In this document: positions 34,000 to 45,299 of the stretch, in pieces
How positions within the stretch are numbered: position 1 is the first letter of the stretch
Layout of the letters: the number at the start of each line of letters is the position of its first letter
DNA from: Leucoraja erinacea
Lineage: Eukaryota
DNA: 64,000 bases
Direction of reading: 5' to 3'
Assembly (NCBI RefSeq): GCF_028641065.1
Contig: NC_073390.1
Coordinates: forward strand, 25,110,001-25,174,000
The notes under the pieces: model-generated
What the model was told of the DNA's origin: nothing
Seen by the model: the letters and a program-made list of their open reading frames with translations, nothing else
The model's database searches: none
Program-made: the position numbers and the translations under genes

Positions 34000-34725
34000 A
34001 CTGTCTCACACTGGAGTAACCATCTTACTGGAGTAACATCTCTCACTGTCTCATACTAGAGTAACTGTCTCACACTAGAGGAACAGTCTCACATGGGGGT
34101 GAACATCACTCCTAGGCCCTTGGGACAGGGTGACAAGGTGCCGGAGGAAGCTATGGAAATGGATACAATTACGACTTTTGGACAGATATAATGGGTAGGA
34201 AAGGTTTAGAGGGATATGGGCCAAATAGAGGCAAATGGGATGAGCTCAGTATGCCAACAGTGGTCATTGATAAGGTTCCCCAAAGGGCCTGATTCTGAGC
34301 TGTAGAGATCAATGACTCTCCACAGAACTCTAGATGTGGTCTTCCATGTATCTACACCTGCAACATAAGGTCCCCACTTGGATTCAACCATCTCACACTG
34401 AAGTAACATCTCACACTGGAGTAACATCTCACACTGGAGTAACCATCTCACACTGGCTATCCATTGCCTATATTGCCTAAAATATTGCCTACCCATGTAT
34501 TTACTGGAGTAGCATCTCATACTGGAGTGACATGTCACACTGGATTAACATCTCACACTGGAGTAACTGTCTTGCTGGAGTAACATCTCACATGAGAGTA
34601 ACATCTCACACTGGCTATCCATTGCCTATATTGCCTAAAATATTGCCTATCCATGTTATTACTGGAGTAGCATCTCATACTGGAGTAACGGTCACACACT
34701 GGGATAACTGTCTCACACAGAGGTA
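34000..34725. repeat. Two blocks (~34000-34100, ~34385-34725) of an 18-20-bp minisatellite CTCACACTGGAGTAAC(A/C)T
   Basis: Units are directly visible; there is a 158-bp higher-order duplication (34444 vs 34602). Confidence 0.85.
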
Positions 34726-35325
34726 AACATCTCCACTCCCTGGCCTCAGTGGTAGAGTGGGGGGTTTCCACACCCTGGTCCCTGGGGTGGTGGCCAATGG
34801 CACCAGGGTTGGTGGAAGGATTGCCAGGGACAGCTCCCTCTACTGTGGACACCAGTCTGGCCCACCAGAGGGAGCCGTGGTCCTCCCTGTGTCCAGGTCC
34901 CAGCCGATGGTCTCCAGCTCCAGGCAGGTTTATGTTTTATTTCCTGGAGTCTGTACTCTCCACCCAGGGCTGCCCCCCTACCTCCCAGCGCTGCTCCTCT
35001 CCCCCCCACCCCCAGCGCTGCCCCTGACCCCACCCCTCGGGGTCTCTGAGATGGTGGCTCTGGGAACTCTGCACAGGCACATACAGCATAGAAACAGACC
35101 ATTCGGCCCAACTCATACATGACGCCAAATGTGCCCATCTACATTACTTTCATTTGTCCATGTTTGGCCCATATCCCTCTGCACCTGTCCAGATGTCTTT
35201 TAAATGGTGTTATAGTATCTGCCTCAACAACCTCCTCTGGCAGCTCGTTCCGTATACCCACCACCTTGTGCATGAAAAAGTTGCTGCTCAGGTTCCTATT
35301 CAATTTTTCCCCTCACCTTCAACCT

Positions 35326-36245
35326 ATACTAAGATAGGTGGGGTTGTGGATAATGAAGTAGATTTTCAAAGTCTACAGAGAGATTTATGCCAGTTGGAAG
35401 AGTGGGCTGAAAGATGGCAGATGGAGTTTAATGCTGATAAGTGTGAGGTGCTACATTTTGGCAGGACAAATCAAAATAGGACGTACATGGTAAATGGTAG
35501 GGAATTGAAGAATGCAGGTGAACAGAGGGACCTGGGAATAACTGTGCACAGTTCCCTGAAAGTGGAATCTCATGTAGATAGGGTGGTAAAGAAATCTTTT
35601 AGTGTGCTGGCCTTTATAAATCAGAGCATTGAGCATAGAAGTTGGGATGTAATGTTAAAATTGTACAAGGCATTGGTGAGGCCAATTCTGGAGTATGGTG
35701 TACTATTTTGGTCGCCTAATTATAGGAAGGATGTCAACAAAATAGAGAGAGTACAGAGGAGATTTACTAGAAGGTTGCCTGGGTTTCAGCAACTAAGTTA
35801 CAGAGAAAGGTTGAACAAGTTAGGGCTTTATTCTTTGGAGCGCAGAAGGTTAAGGGGGGGACTTGATAGAGGTCTTTGAAATGATGAGAGGGATAGACAG
35901 AGTTGACGTGGATAAGCTTTTCCCACTGAGAGTAGGGAAGATTCAAACAAGGGGACATGACTTGAGAATTAAGGGACAGAAGTTTAGGGGTAACATGAGG
36001 GGGAACTTCTTTACTCAGAGAGTGGTGGCTATGTGGAATGAGCTTCCAGTGAAGGTGGTGGAGGCAGGTTCGTTTTTATCATTTAAAAATAAATTAGATA
36101 GTTATATGGACGGGAAAGGAATGGAGGGTTATGGTCTGAGTGCAGGTATATGGGACTAGGGGAGAATACGTGTTCGGCACGGACTAGAAGGGTCGAGATG
36201 GCCTGTTTCCGCGCTGTAATTGTTATATGGTTATATGGTTATATG
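35326..36245 (+). mobile_element. Young 5'-truncated CR1 LINE (ORF2 C-terminus)
   Basis: TKIGGVVDNEVDFQSLQRDLCQLEEWAERWQMEFNADKCEVLHFG...NFFTQRVVAMWNELP, with one frameshift in a G7 run (35854-35860) and a (TTATATGG)n tail. Inserted in an opposite-strand CR1 tail. Confidence 0.92.
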
Positions 36246-37224
36246 CCCTCTGGTTCTAGATTGTCTACCCTGGGTAAAAGACTGTGCATTCAACCTATTT
36301 ATTCCCCTCCGCAGTCTTGTATGTCCATTTTACCGTCCCCTGCAAAATCTCCTCAATACTTTAACGACGTTCTCATCCTATCTCCAATGGAAGTTTTGCG
36401 AGAACCTCTCTCATTGCTCCCCCTCTGTGATTCCTGCTGCTCTCCTGTTCTTCAAAGCCTTTGTCACTTATTCCATCCATCTTCTTATTAACCCTTCTCA
36501 CCTGTGTCCACCCATCACTTGCCAGGCCTTGCCATACCCCACCTCTCTTTTCCAACTTTCTCTCCACTGCTCCATTAGTTCTGAAGAAGAGTCCCAACCT
36601 GAAATATTGTCTGTCCATTCCCTCCACAGATGCTGCCTGACCTGCTGAGTTACTCCAACATATTGTGTTTTGCTCAGTGTCCAGTGTCTGCAATCTTTTG
36701 TGACCACTCTCACCCTTCCAACTTCCTCTCCTTGCCTCAGTGTGATGCACTTCACAACTTTCCCCCCGAGGTGCAGACCAGGAACAGATCTGAAGAAGAG
36801 GCCAGACCCAAAATATTGCCTATGCATGTTCTCCAGAGATGCTGCTTGACCCACCGAGTTATTCCAGCACTTTGTGTCTTTTTATTGTAAACCAGCATCT
36901 GCAGTTCTTTGTTTCTACCTCATGGTGATGCATCTTGTATAAGACTAGGAGAGTGAAGTAATTTACAATTATGTGTATTATCTTACATAATTAGTTAATT
37001 GGGGATAGACCTGAATAGTTCATGTAGCAATCCTATCTTTGCACAGTCTTGTTTCTTTCAGAATTTTATGAGTAACTAACATAGAATGTATTTTTTTGTG
37101 TTGTCTGAGGTTACGTGCCTGCGAGCAAAACCTTTCATTGTACCTGCACTTCACTGTGCAGTAAACAATCTAGAGTGGAGAGGGTGATACACTACAGTCT
37201 AATGCGTCAGAGTCAGTCTGAGAT

Positions 37225-38060
37225 ATAGGTTTATTATTGGCACGTGTACCAAGGTACAGTGAAAAGCTTTGTTTTACATGCTCTCCAAACAGATCAGATA
37301 ATACCATTGCATAAATACAATCAAGCCAAACTAAAGGATAGAGCAAATGGGAAGATACTAAGTGCAACATATATTCTCAGTATTTTAGCGCATCAGTTCC
37401 AGAGACAGAGTCCAATGTCCACAATGGGGTAGAGGTGAATCGAACAGTACCCTCGCTTATGGAAGGGCTGTTCAGAAGCCTGATAACGGAGGAGAAGAAG
37501 CTGTTTCTGAGACTGGTGGAAGTTTTCAAGCTTCCGTACCTTCTGCCCGACAGGAGCAGGTAGAAGAGGGAATGACCAGGTGGACAACTCTTTGATTATG
37601 TTGGTTGCTTTCCCAAAGTAGCATGAAGTGTAGATGGCGTCAATGGTGGGAAGTCTGGTCCGTGTGATGGACTGGGCTACATCCACAACTCTCTGCACTT
37701 TTTCACAGTTTGGGGCAGAGCTGTTCCTTACTCAAGCTGTGGTGCAACCTGACAGTGTGCTTTGTAAGTGTTGTTGCAGAATTGGTTGCTAGATTTCCTC
37801 AGTCTCCTCGGGAAGTAGAGGTTTTCTTGGCTGCCGCTTAAATGTGGTTGGTCCATGACAGATAGTTGGTAATACTAATGCCAAGGAACTTGATTCTCTC
37901 GGCCATTTCCATTTCAGCACTATTGATGCTGATTGGGGCATGTACGCCACACTTCCTGAACCCGATAACTAACTTCTTTATCTTGCTAACACTGAGGGAG
38001 AGATGATTGTCCAGACGCCATGTCACTAGATTCTCTATCTCCTTGTTGTAGAACAACATG
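37225..38060 (-). mobile_element. Rex1/Babar-like LINE 3' fragment
   Basis: Translates YNKEIENLVTWRLDNHLSLSVSKIKKLVIGFRK...IKFLGISITNYLSWTNHI and QRVVDVAQSITRTRLPTIDAIYTSC. Confidence 0.85.
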
Positions 38061-38941
38061 GGAACGGACCTACAGGTCATCTCATCCACGCTGAGGCACA
38101 TGACCCTCTCAATCATTCCTCACCATGTATCTGTCTAAATATCTTTTAAACAATGTAATTGTACTGCTATGTCCTCTGGCTGCTCGTTCCACATGCCACC
38201 CCGCCCGTACACCATTGTTCCAAGGTCCATCTCCCTCTCACCAGTCCCCACCCCACTGCAGGTCAACTGGTGCCTGAGGCACAAGGGGGGGGTACAAACA
38301 TGGATTAAAAAATAACTCACTTTTCTCCCCCTTACTCTGAAGAAGTGTCCCAACCAGAAACATCACCTGTCCAATCCTTCCACAGATGCTGCCTGACCCA
38401 CTGAGTTCATCCAGCACTTTGTGTTTTACTGAAGATTCCAGCACCTGCAGTTCCTTGTGTTGCCAGGCTGGCTGGTTTACACTGAATAAAACCCGAGAGA
38501 CAGTTCCCCTGCCCTCTCTCCCCAGTCTATCCTGGACTCTCCACTGTATCTCAGACCCTCCACTGGCAGTGTTTCCCTACTCCCACTCTGGCTTCAGACA
38601 GCAGCAACTACCCCAGTAAATCCCCCTCACCAGCCTGCACATCTGGAAGTTCCAAGAGACAGACGGCAAATGTTGGAATCTGGAGCAACACCACAGTGTT
38701 AGGGGAGTACGGAGTCCTGATGCATGGTCTCCATACGAAATATCCACCATTTCTACCCCTCCTTAACAGAAGTTGCTGAAGTTGCTCGAAAGGTTTATTT
38801 AGCCTTCAATTCTCCAACTCCAATAATACCCCCCTGTCCCTGTTCTGATTCGTAAGGAGGTCAAAGGTTACAGGGAGAAAGCAGGAAAATGTGGTTGATT
38901 GAATGGCAGAGTAGGGCCAAAATGACCTAATTCTGCTCCGA

Positions 38942-40615
38942 CAGTGCCCTCCATAATAATTAGGACAAAAACCCGTCATTTATTTATTTGCCTCTGTGAA
39001 TTGAGATTTGTAATAAAAAAAATCACATGGTGTTAATGTGCACATTGTCAGATTTTAATAAAGGCCATTTTTATACATTTTAGTTTCATTATATAGAAAT
39101 TACAGCTGTGTTTATATATAGTCCCCCCATTTCTGGGCACCATAATGTTTGGGACACATGGCATCACTGAAGTTTGTACTTGCTCAGGTGTGTTTAAATG
39201 CCTCCTTAATGCAGGTATAAGAGAGCTCTCAGCATCTAGTCTTTCCTCCAATCTTTCCATCACCTTTGGAAACTTTTATTGTTGTATATCAACATGAGGA
39301 CCAAAGTTGTGCCAATGAAAGTCAAAGAAGCCATTACGAGACTGAGAAACAAGAATAAAACTGTTAAAGACATCAGCCAAACCTTAAGCTTACCAAAATC
39401 AACTGTTTGGAACATCATTAAGAAGAAAGTGAGCACTGGTGAGCTTACTAATCACAAAGGGACTGGCAGGCCAAGGAAGACCTCCACAGCTGATGACAGA
39501 AGAATTCTCTGTATAATAAATAAAAAATCCCCAACATCTGTCCAACAGATCAGAAACACTCTTCAGGAGTCAGTTGTGGATTTGTCAATGACCACTCTTC
39601 AGGAGTCAGTTGTGGATTTGTCAATGACCACTGTCCGCAGAAGACTTCATGAACAGAAATACAGAGGCTACACTGCAGGATGCAAACCACTGGTTAGCCT
39701 CAAAAATAGGATGCCAAGTTACAGTTTGCCAAGAAGTACTTAAAAGAGCAACCACAGTTCTGGAAAAAGGGTATTGTGGACAGATGAGACGAAGAGTAAC
39801 TTATATCAAAGTGATGGCAAGAGCAAAATATGGAGGAGAGAAGGAACTGCCCAAGATCCAAAACATACCACCTCATCTGTGAAACACAGTGGTGGGGTGT
39901 TATGGCCTGGGCATGAATGGTTGCTGAAGGTATTGGCTCACTTATCTTCATTGATGATACAACTGCTGATGGTAGTAGCATAATGAATTTTGAAGTGTAT
40001 AGACACATCCTATCTGCTCAAGTTCAAACAAATGGTTCAAAACTCATTTGCAGGCATTTCATTCTACAGCAAGACAATGATCCCAAACATACTGCTAAAG
40101 CAACAAAGGAGTTTTTGAAAGCTAAAAAATGGTAAATTCTTGAGTGGCCAAGTCAATCATCTGATCTGAACCCAATTGAGCATGCCTTTTATATGCTGAA
40201 GTGAAAACTGAAGGGGACTAGTCCCCAAAACAAGCATTGGCAAAAGATGGCTGCAATATAGGTCTGGCAGAGCATCACCAGAGAAGACACCCAGCAACTG
40301 GTGATGTCCATGAATCGCAGACTTCAAGCAGTCATTGCATGCAAAAGGGATGTAACAAAATACTAAACATGACTACTTTCATTTACATGACATTGCTGTG
40401 TCCCAAACATTATGGTGCCTTGAAATAGGGAGACTATGTATAAACACTGCTGTAATTTCTACATGGTGAAACCAAAATGTGTAAAAATGGCCTTTATTAA
40501 AACCTGACAATGTGCACTTTAACTTCATGTAATTTTTTTTCTATTACAAATCTCAAATTGTCAAGTACAGAGGCAAATAAATAAATGGTAGTCCCAAAAA
40601 TAATGGAGGGCACTG
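38942..40615 (+). mobile_element. Tc1 DNA transposon (DD34E), full length, decayed transposase 39294-40366
   Basis: TIRs CAGTGCCCTCCAT.../...ATGGAGGGCACTG, ~220 bp with internal direct repeats; right TA intact, left flank reads GA. Motifs GRPRKT, WTDETK, and QQDNDPKH..DLNPIE with 34 residues between D and E; stops and frameshifts. Confidence 0.95.
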
Positions 40616-40945
40616 TATGTCTTATGGACATAAGCCTCCTCTTCTCTTCCCCCACCCCAATGCACACACATTTCTCCCACCTTCTCCCAATCCCCAGTCA
40701 CCTGGCTCCTTTCCCCTCCTCCGTAAGCTCATCTCCCATCCCTGAGTCCTCCATTTCCCTTGTATCCCCACCTTTTGCCCTCCCCGTCCCCTTCCACCCA
40801 TTTCCCTCCCTCACATGTTTACATTTCGCTCCCCTTCTCTCCTCAGCTGACACCCTTTTGTCTTCTCTTCACCTCCAGCCTTTGTCACTTATTCCACCCA
40901 TCTGCCAATCACCCCTCCCATCTCAGCTGTATCCACCTATCACTT

Positions 40946-41105
40946 ATGTAGGAAGGAACTGGAGATGCTGGTTTAAACCGAAGATAGACACAAAATGCTG
41001 GAGTAATCAGTCTGAAGAAGAATCTCGACTCGAAACATCGCCCATTCCTTCTCTCCAGAGATGCTGCCTGTCCCGTTGAGTTACTCCAGCATTTTGTGTC
41101 TATCT
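40946..41105 (+). mobile_element. 160-bp fold-back Penelope-tail mini-element with hammerhead motif
   Basis: 11-bp TSD ACCTATCACTT (40935-40945, 41106-41116); arms AGATAGACACAAAATGCTGGAGTAA / TTACTCCAGCATTTTGTGTCTATCT; core CTGAAGA at 41012. Confidence 0.8.
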
Positions 41106-41529
41106 ACCTATCACTTGCCTGGCGTTGCCCCATCTCCACCTCTCCAGCTTCTCCATCAATCTGAAGAAGGGTCCTTGACTCCTTACCCAAAATGTCACCC
41201 ATTAATGTTCTCAAGAGAGGTTATCCAGCATCTACAGTGGTTTGTGTGCATCTCAAAGAGATGCTGATTGATCTGCTGTTTCACTCCCGAATGTTGTGTT
41301 TTGCAAGTTTCCAGCGTCTGCAGTTCCTAGTGTCTCCAGCGGTCAGTTTGTGGCTGCATATCTGGAAGTGATTGCAAGGGCTGGGACTATCCGTGCATTG
41401 GAGCTCTCTTGTTTTGGGCTGCTGCTAAGTGTGGGATGCGGTTGCATTCAGTGTGGAGAGACACACACACAGAGGCTGACAGACAGCGGGAGAGAGACGG
41501 TGAAAGAAAGATACACGCATTGAGAGAGT

Positions 41530-41860
41530 AGGAAGGAGGGAGACACTGTGTGTGAGAGAGACAGGCGGACAGAGACGGACACGGAGGGGGAGAAAGAGAG
41601 GGAGAGACGGTGAGAGAAAGAAAGAGAAAGAGAGAGACTGAGAGAGAAAGAGAGAGAGTGAGGGAGAAAGAGAGAGAGACTGAGGGAGAAAGAGAGAGTG
41701 AGGGAGAAAGAGAGAGAGGAGAGTTAGAGAGAGGAAGTGTGGGAGAGGAAGAGAGAGTGTGAGAGTGAGAAAGAGTGAGTCAGAGAGGGTGAGTGGGATT
41801 GAGCGAGGGTGGCGAGGAGTGAGTGGGACGGGGGGAGAGTGAAAGGGACTGAGTGAGGCA
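41530..41860. repeat. (GA)-rich microsatellite upstream of the P3H2 ATG
   Basis: Purine tract built of GAGAGAAAGAGAGAGTGAGG-type units. Confidence 0.9.
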
Positions 41861-41867
41861 GAGGGAG

Positions 41868-42263
41868 ATGGTGTCCATGGTGTCGGCTCTCTGGGCGCTG
41901 TGTTGCGGGCTGGTGGCGGCCTGGGGGCATCTGACGCCCTTCGACGAGCTGTACGAGGACGGGGTGAGGGCTTACTATGACAGCGACTGGCCGGCGGTGG
42001 TGCGGGCCATGGAGGGGGCGGCGCACAGCTACCGGGAGCGGCGGCGGCTGCAGGTGGGCTGCAGGCTGGCTTGCGCCGCCCGGCACGGTGTGGAGACGGC
42101 CGGGCCGCGGGTGGTGGGCTCCGTGCTGCGCCGGGCCCGCTGCATCGATGTGTGCGGCCAGCGAGGCCTGGGCCCCGCGTCGCTGCACCGGGCCAACCGC
42201 GACCTGGAGCTCGAGTTCGAGCGGCGCGGCCCCTACAACTACCTGCAGCTGGCCTACTACAAG
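41868..42263 (+). CDS. P3H2: Prolyl 3-hydroxylase 2 (leprecan-like 1), exon 1
   Basis: Signal peptide, then LTPFDELYEDGVRAYYDSDW...CRLACAARH...LRRARCIDVC...LGPASLHR...EFERRGPYNYLQLAYYK. Kozak GAGATGG; donor AAG|GTGAGG, phase 0, at the conserved leprecan junction. PFD.LY, AYY and CAARH plus the position downstream of CLDN1 favour P3H2 over P3H1. Exon 2 was not found in the window. Confidence 0.85.
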
Positions 42264-42267
42264 GTGA

Positions 42268-42457
42268 GGGGTCACCGGGGCACCGGGTACCGGGTCAGTG
42301 GGCGGAGGGTCACCGGGTCAGTGGGCGGAGGGTCACCGGGTCAGTGGGCGGAGGGTCACCGGGTCAGTGGGCGGAGGGTCACCGGGTCAGTGGGCGGAGG
42401 GTCACCGGGCACCGGGTCAGCGGGCGGAGGGTCACCGGGTCAGTGGGCGGAGGGTCA
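42268..42457 (+). repeat. 23-bp minisatellite GGGTCACCGGGTCAGTGGGCGGA
   Basis: About 7 units starting a few nt after the P3H2 exon 1 donor. Confidence 0.95.
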
Positions 42458-42885
42458 GCAGGCGGCAAGACCTCATCTACCTGGGACAGCGATCACCGGG
42501 TACCAGGGGAACCGGTTACCGGGGGATGCGGGCGACAGGTCACTGAGATACCGGTTACCGGGCACCCGCCCCCGCTCCGTTTATCATTGTGTCTCCGGGC
42601 GTGTAGGTGGACGGGGTGATGACGGGACTGTCCCGGGAGCGGGGCTTAGGGTCAGTGAGACGGGGTGGTACATGTACCCCATGACCCGAGGGAGGCAGAG
42701 CGCCCCGGGTGGGGGGTGTTGGGCAAGAGGGGTTGTGTTGTGCTGGAGATGTTGGCATACAGGGAGGTGTGGAGTTGCCACCAATATTGCTGCTGGAGTC
42801 GATGGGTGCAGTGGGTGGCGGCCATTTGGCCCATTGAGTCTAGCCCCGTCTCCGAACGAGCACCCTCCTAGGTCCCCTTTTATCT

Positions 42886-43064
42886 TGTGTAGGAAGGAAC
42901 TGCAGATGCTGGTTTATACCGAAAATAGAACCAAAATGCTTGAGTAACTGAGTGGATCAGGCAGCATCTCTGACGAAGGGTCCCGACCCGAAACGATACG
43001 TCACCCATTCATTTTCTCCAGAGATGCTGCCTGACTGAGTTACTCCAGCATTTTGTGTTTATCT
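42886..43064 (+). mobile_element. Fold-back Penelope tail with hammerhead variant
   Basis: Arms TCAGGCAGCATCTCTG / CAGAGATGCTGCCTGA; core CTGACGA-AGGGTCCCGACCC-GAAACGATACGTC at 42970. Confidence 0.75.
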
Positions 43065-43918
43065 CCCCTATTGCCTTGCTCTTCCACCCGGACTTTTACA
43101 AGGTTTCCCCTTCAGTGCTCGGCCCAGCCCTCTTTGTGAAGGGTCTCCTGAAGCGCTGTCTCTCCACTCTCTGCCTTTGCCTCTGGTGTGATCACCCGAA
43201 GTCAATGTTGTACGTCTCTTGCAACAACTTCTCGTTGTTTGTTCCACCACAGGATTGTGAACATGCTCTCGGTCTCGTACTCCCCTCCCCTGCAACGTAA
43301 ATAGCCCGAGTCTACACATGACTGAGACCTTTCATTGCTCACCCATTCTGGCTTTGCTACGAACTCTTGACATCCTTCCTGGTGTGAGACCAGGGCTGAC
43401 CCTGGAATCTATCTGGGGTTTGCCAGTGTTTGACATGGCAGCTCTGTGTGTTTTTTGTCCCTGATTCCTCTATAAATAGGAGCAGGAAGGTTGTGTTGTC
43501 AGCAGCGTTCTCCATTAGTCCGACCCCTTGACCTCGTGCCCTCAGACCCCGGGCCCCTTTCACACGGCTCCGTGTGTGAGTGTGGGAAGCCTCCACTCTC
43601 CCTCCACCCCACCCCCCACTTCTCGTTCACCGGCCCGCCAGCCCACCGCTCCCGTGAGTTTCCGACCCCCCTCCCATGTGTTACGGGTGAGGTTGGTGCT
43701 TCCTGCAGACACTGAACCATCTGTGTCGGTCACTGAAGAACATCCGCTGGGCTGGCCGATAACTCCCCGGGGGGGACATCGCTGTGTATAAATGAGCTGT
43801 CGTGTTTACTGCAGACACTACCCATAAAGCAAACAACTGGCTGTGAACCTTCTCATGCCCAGATAGTAAATGGTGCCTCGTAAATGCAAACTGTGTCTTT
43901 AAAGCGCCTTGTATAAAG

Positions 43919-44009
43919 TCTGAACAAAGGTCTCGACCCTAAACGTCACATATTCCTTCGCTCCAGAGATGCTACCTCACCAGCTGAGTTTCTCCAGCAT
44001 TTGTATCTA
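43919..44009 (+). mobile_element. 91-bp Penelope tail insertion beginning at the hammerhead
   Basis: Flanked by the direct repeat CCTTGTATAAAG (43907-43918, 44010-44021); core degenerate. Confidence 0.7.
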
Positions 44010-45299
44010 CCTTGTATAAAGCGGGTGTTAGCTACCTCGGTGGCCTGTGTCATGTCCTGGCGTTCCCTCTTCCTCAGTCCGTGCACCATGGCAACATTGG
44101 CTGGCATGTGTGCGATTTGTTTAAAGCCCCTGTTACAGGAGCTGTCTCTGATGGAAGCAGTTCCACAGACGAGGCCGTCCCATAAATGCCACAAACATAG
44201 ACATTCAGAAACCTTTCCCCAGGATGGAAATTTCAAGTACTGGAGCACATAGCTTTAAAGTGAGCGGGGAACAGTTTTCAGGAGATGTGCAGGGCAAAGT
44301 GTTTTACACAAAAGGACCGGTGGGAGCCTGGTGCGCGCTGCCGGGTGGTGGTGGAGGAAGATACGATAGTGGTGTTTAAGAGATGTGGATAGGCACGTGG
44401 GTATACAGGGAATGGAGGGATAGGGATCAGTTAGTTTAGCCTGGCATCATGTTGGTTACAGAAATTAAGGGCCGAAGGGCTGTGTTCTATGTTCCAATGC
44501 ACACTGAATATACTCGAGGTCACTTCTATTTCGGTGGGGGTGAGTCCGGGACAGGTTGACAAAGGTGAGCGAAGCCAAAGCGCCGTGTTCTACATTTCCT
44601 ACAGTGGACATCATATCTTTGGTTTTAGTCATTGTTTTATTGTCAACTGTACAGAGATACAGTGGAAGCTTGCCATGCGTGCTATCCAGTCAAATCAAAC
44701 CATACACGAGTACAATAGTTGTGTACAATAGTACAACACAATTCTATCTCTGGAAGAGCCCGCAGAGTCACCACGGTCGGGTGCATCATGTAACTACCAT
44801 GTTTCTGAAGCGTCCATCCTTGCCCGGGAAGTGCAGACTCGTAGGTTAATTGGCTTCGGTAAAGTTGGCTTGCCCACTTACTTATTTCCTCACGTCAAGG
44901 CCCGGTGTCCTGGCGGCACAGGATGGATGAAGTAGCTGTAGAGGTCGGCTATTTCCACTGTCGCTCCGCGCATTTGTCGCAGGCTGTGCTCGCTCACCCG
45001 GCTGCTGTAGGGCCTTCCGCGGCCGCCTTCTGCTCTCCCCCTATGCCGGCCACTGCTCCCTGGCCTTGCACCCTTTTCCCGTCTCTGCCCCTCTGCCCCC
45101 ATTGCTACCACAACTGCCCACGACATGCTCAAAGTCAGTTATTTGCATTGATTAAGGCGGTGGTCTTACCCGGCCGTGAGGACGTGTCGAGCACACAAAG
45201 TGCCAGGGACAACCTGCACCTGATCTTTGTCCATTCTAAGATCCCGGTGTCCCTGCGTCTCTGCTGAGGTGTTGTTCCCCCGCCGGAGTCTCCCCCCGT

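Noticed and set aside
33990-34730. CRISPR-like appearance of repeats (also 23771-23980 and 63490-63875)
   Set aside because: Eukaryotic context, degenerate tandem units without unique constant-length spacers, and no cas genes.
1171-42263. Alternative calls CLDN7/CLDN19 and P3H1/CRTAP
   Set aside because: [33 protein letters not shown] and the gene order fit CLDN1-P3H2 better; not formally excluded without a tree.
42264-42947. C-terminal 230 aa of the 364-aa ORF 41853-42947
   Set aside because: Homology ends at the AAG|GTGAGG donor; the rest is intronic minisatellite and TE read-through.
43060-43480. Two-exon minus-strand model ending EKLLQETYNIDFG*
   Set aside because: It needs a 53-nt intron (43290-43342), too short for typical vertebrate splicing, and I recognise no homology. 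Kept only as weak context for the antisense hypothesis.
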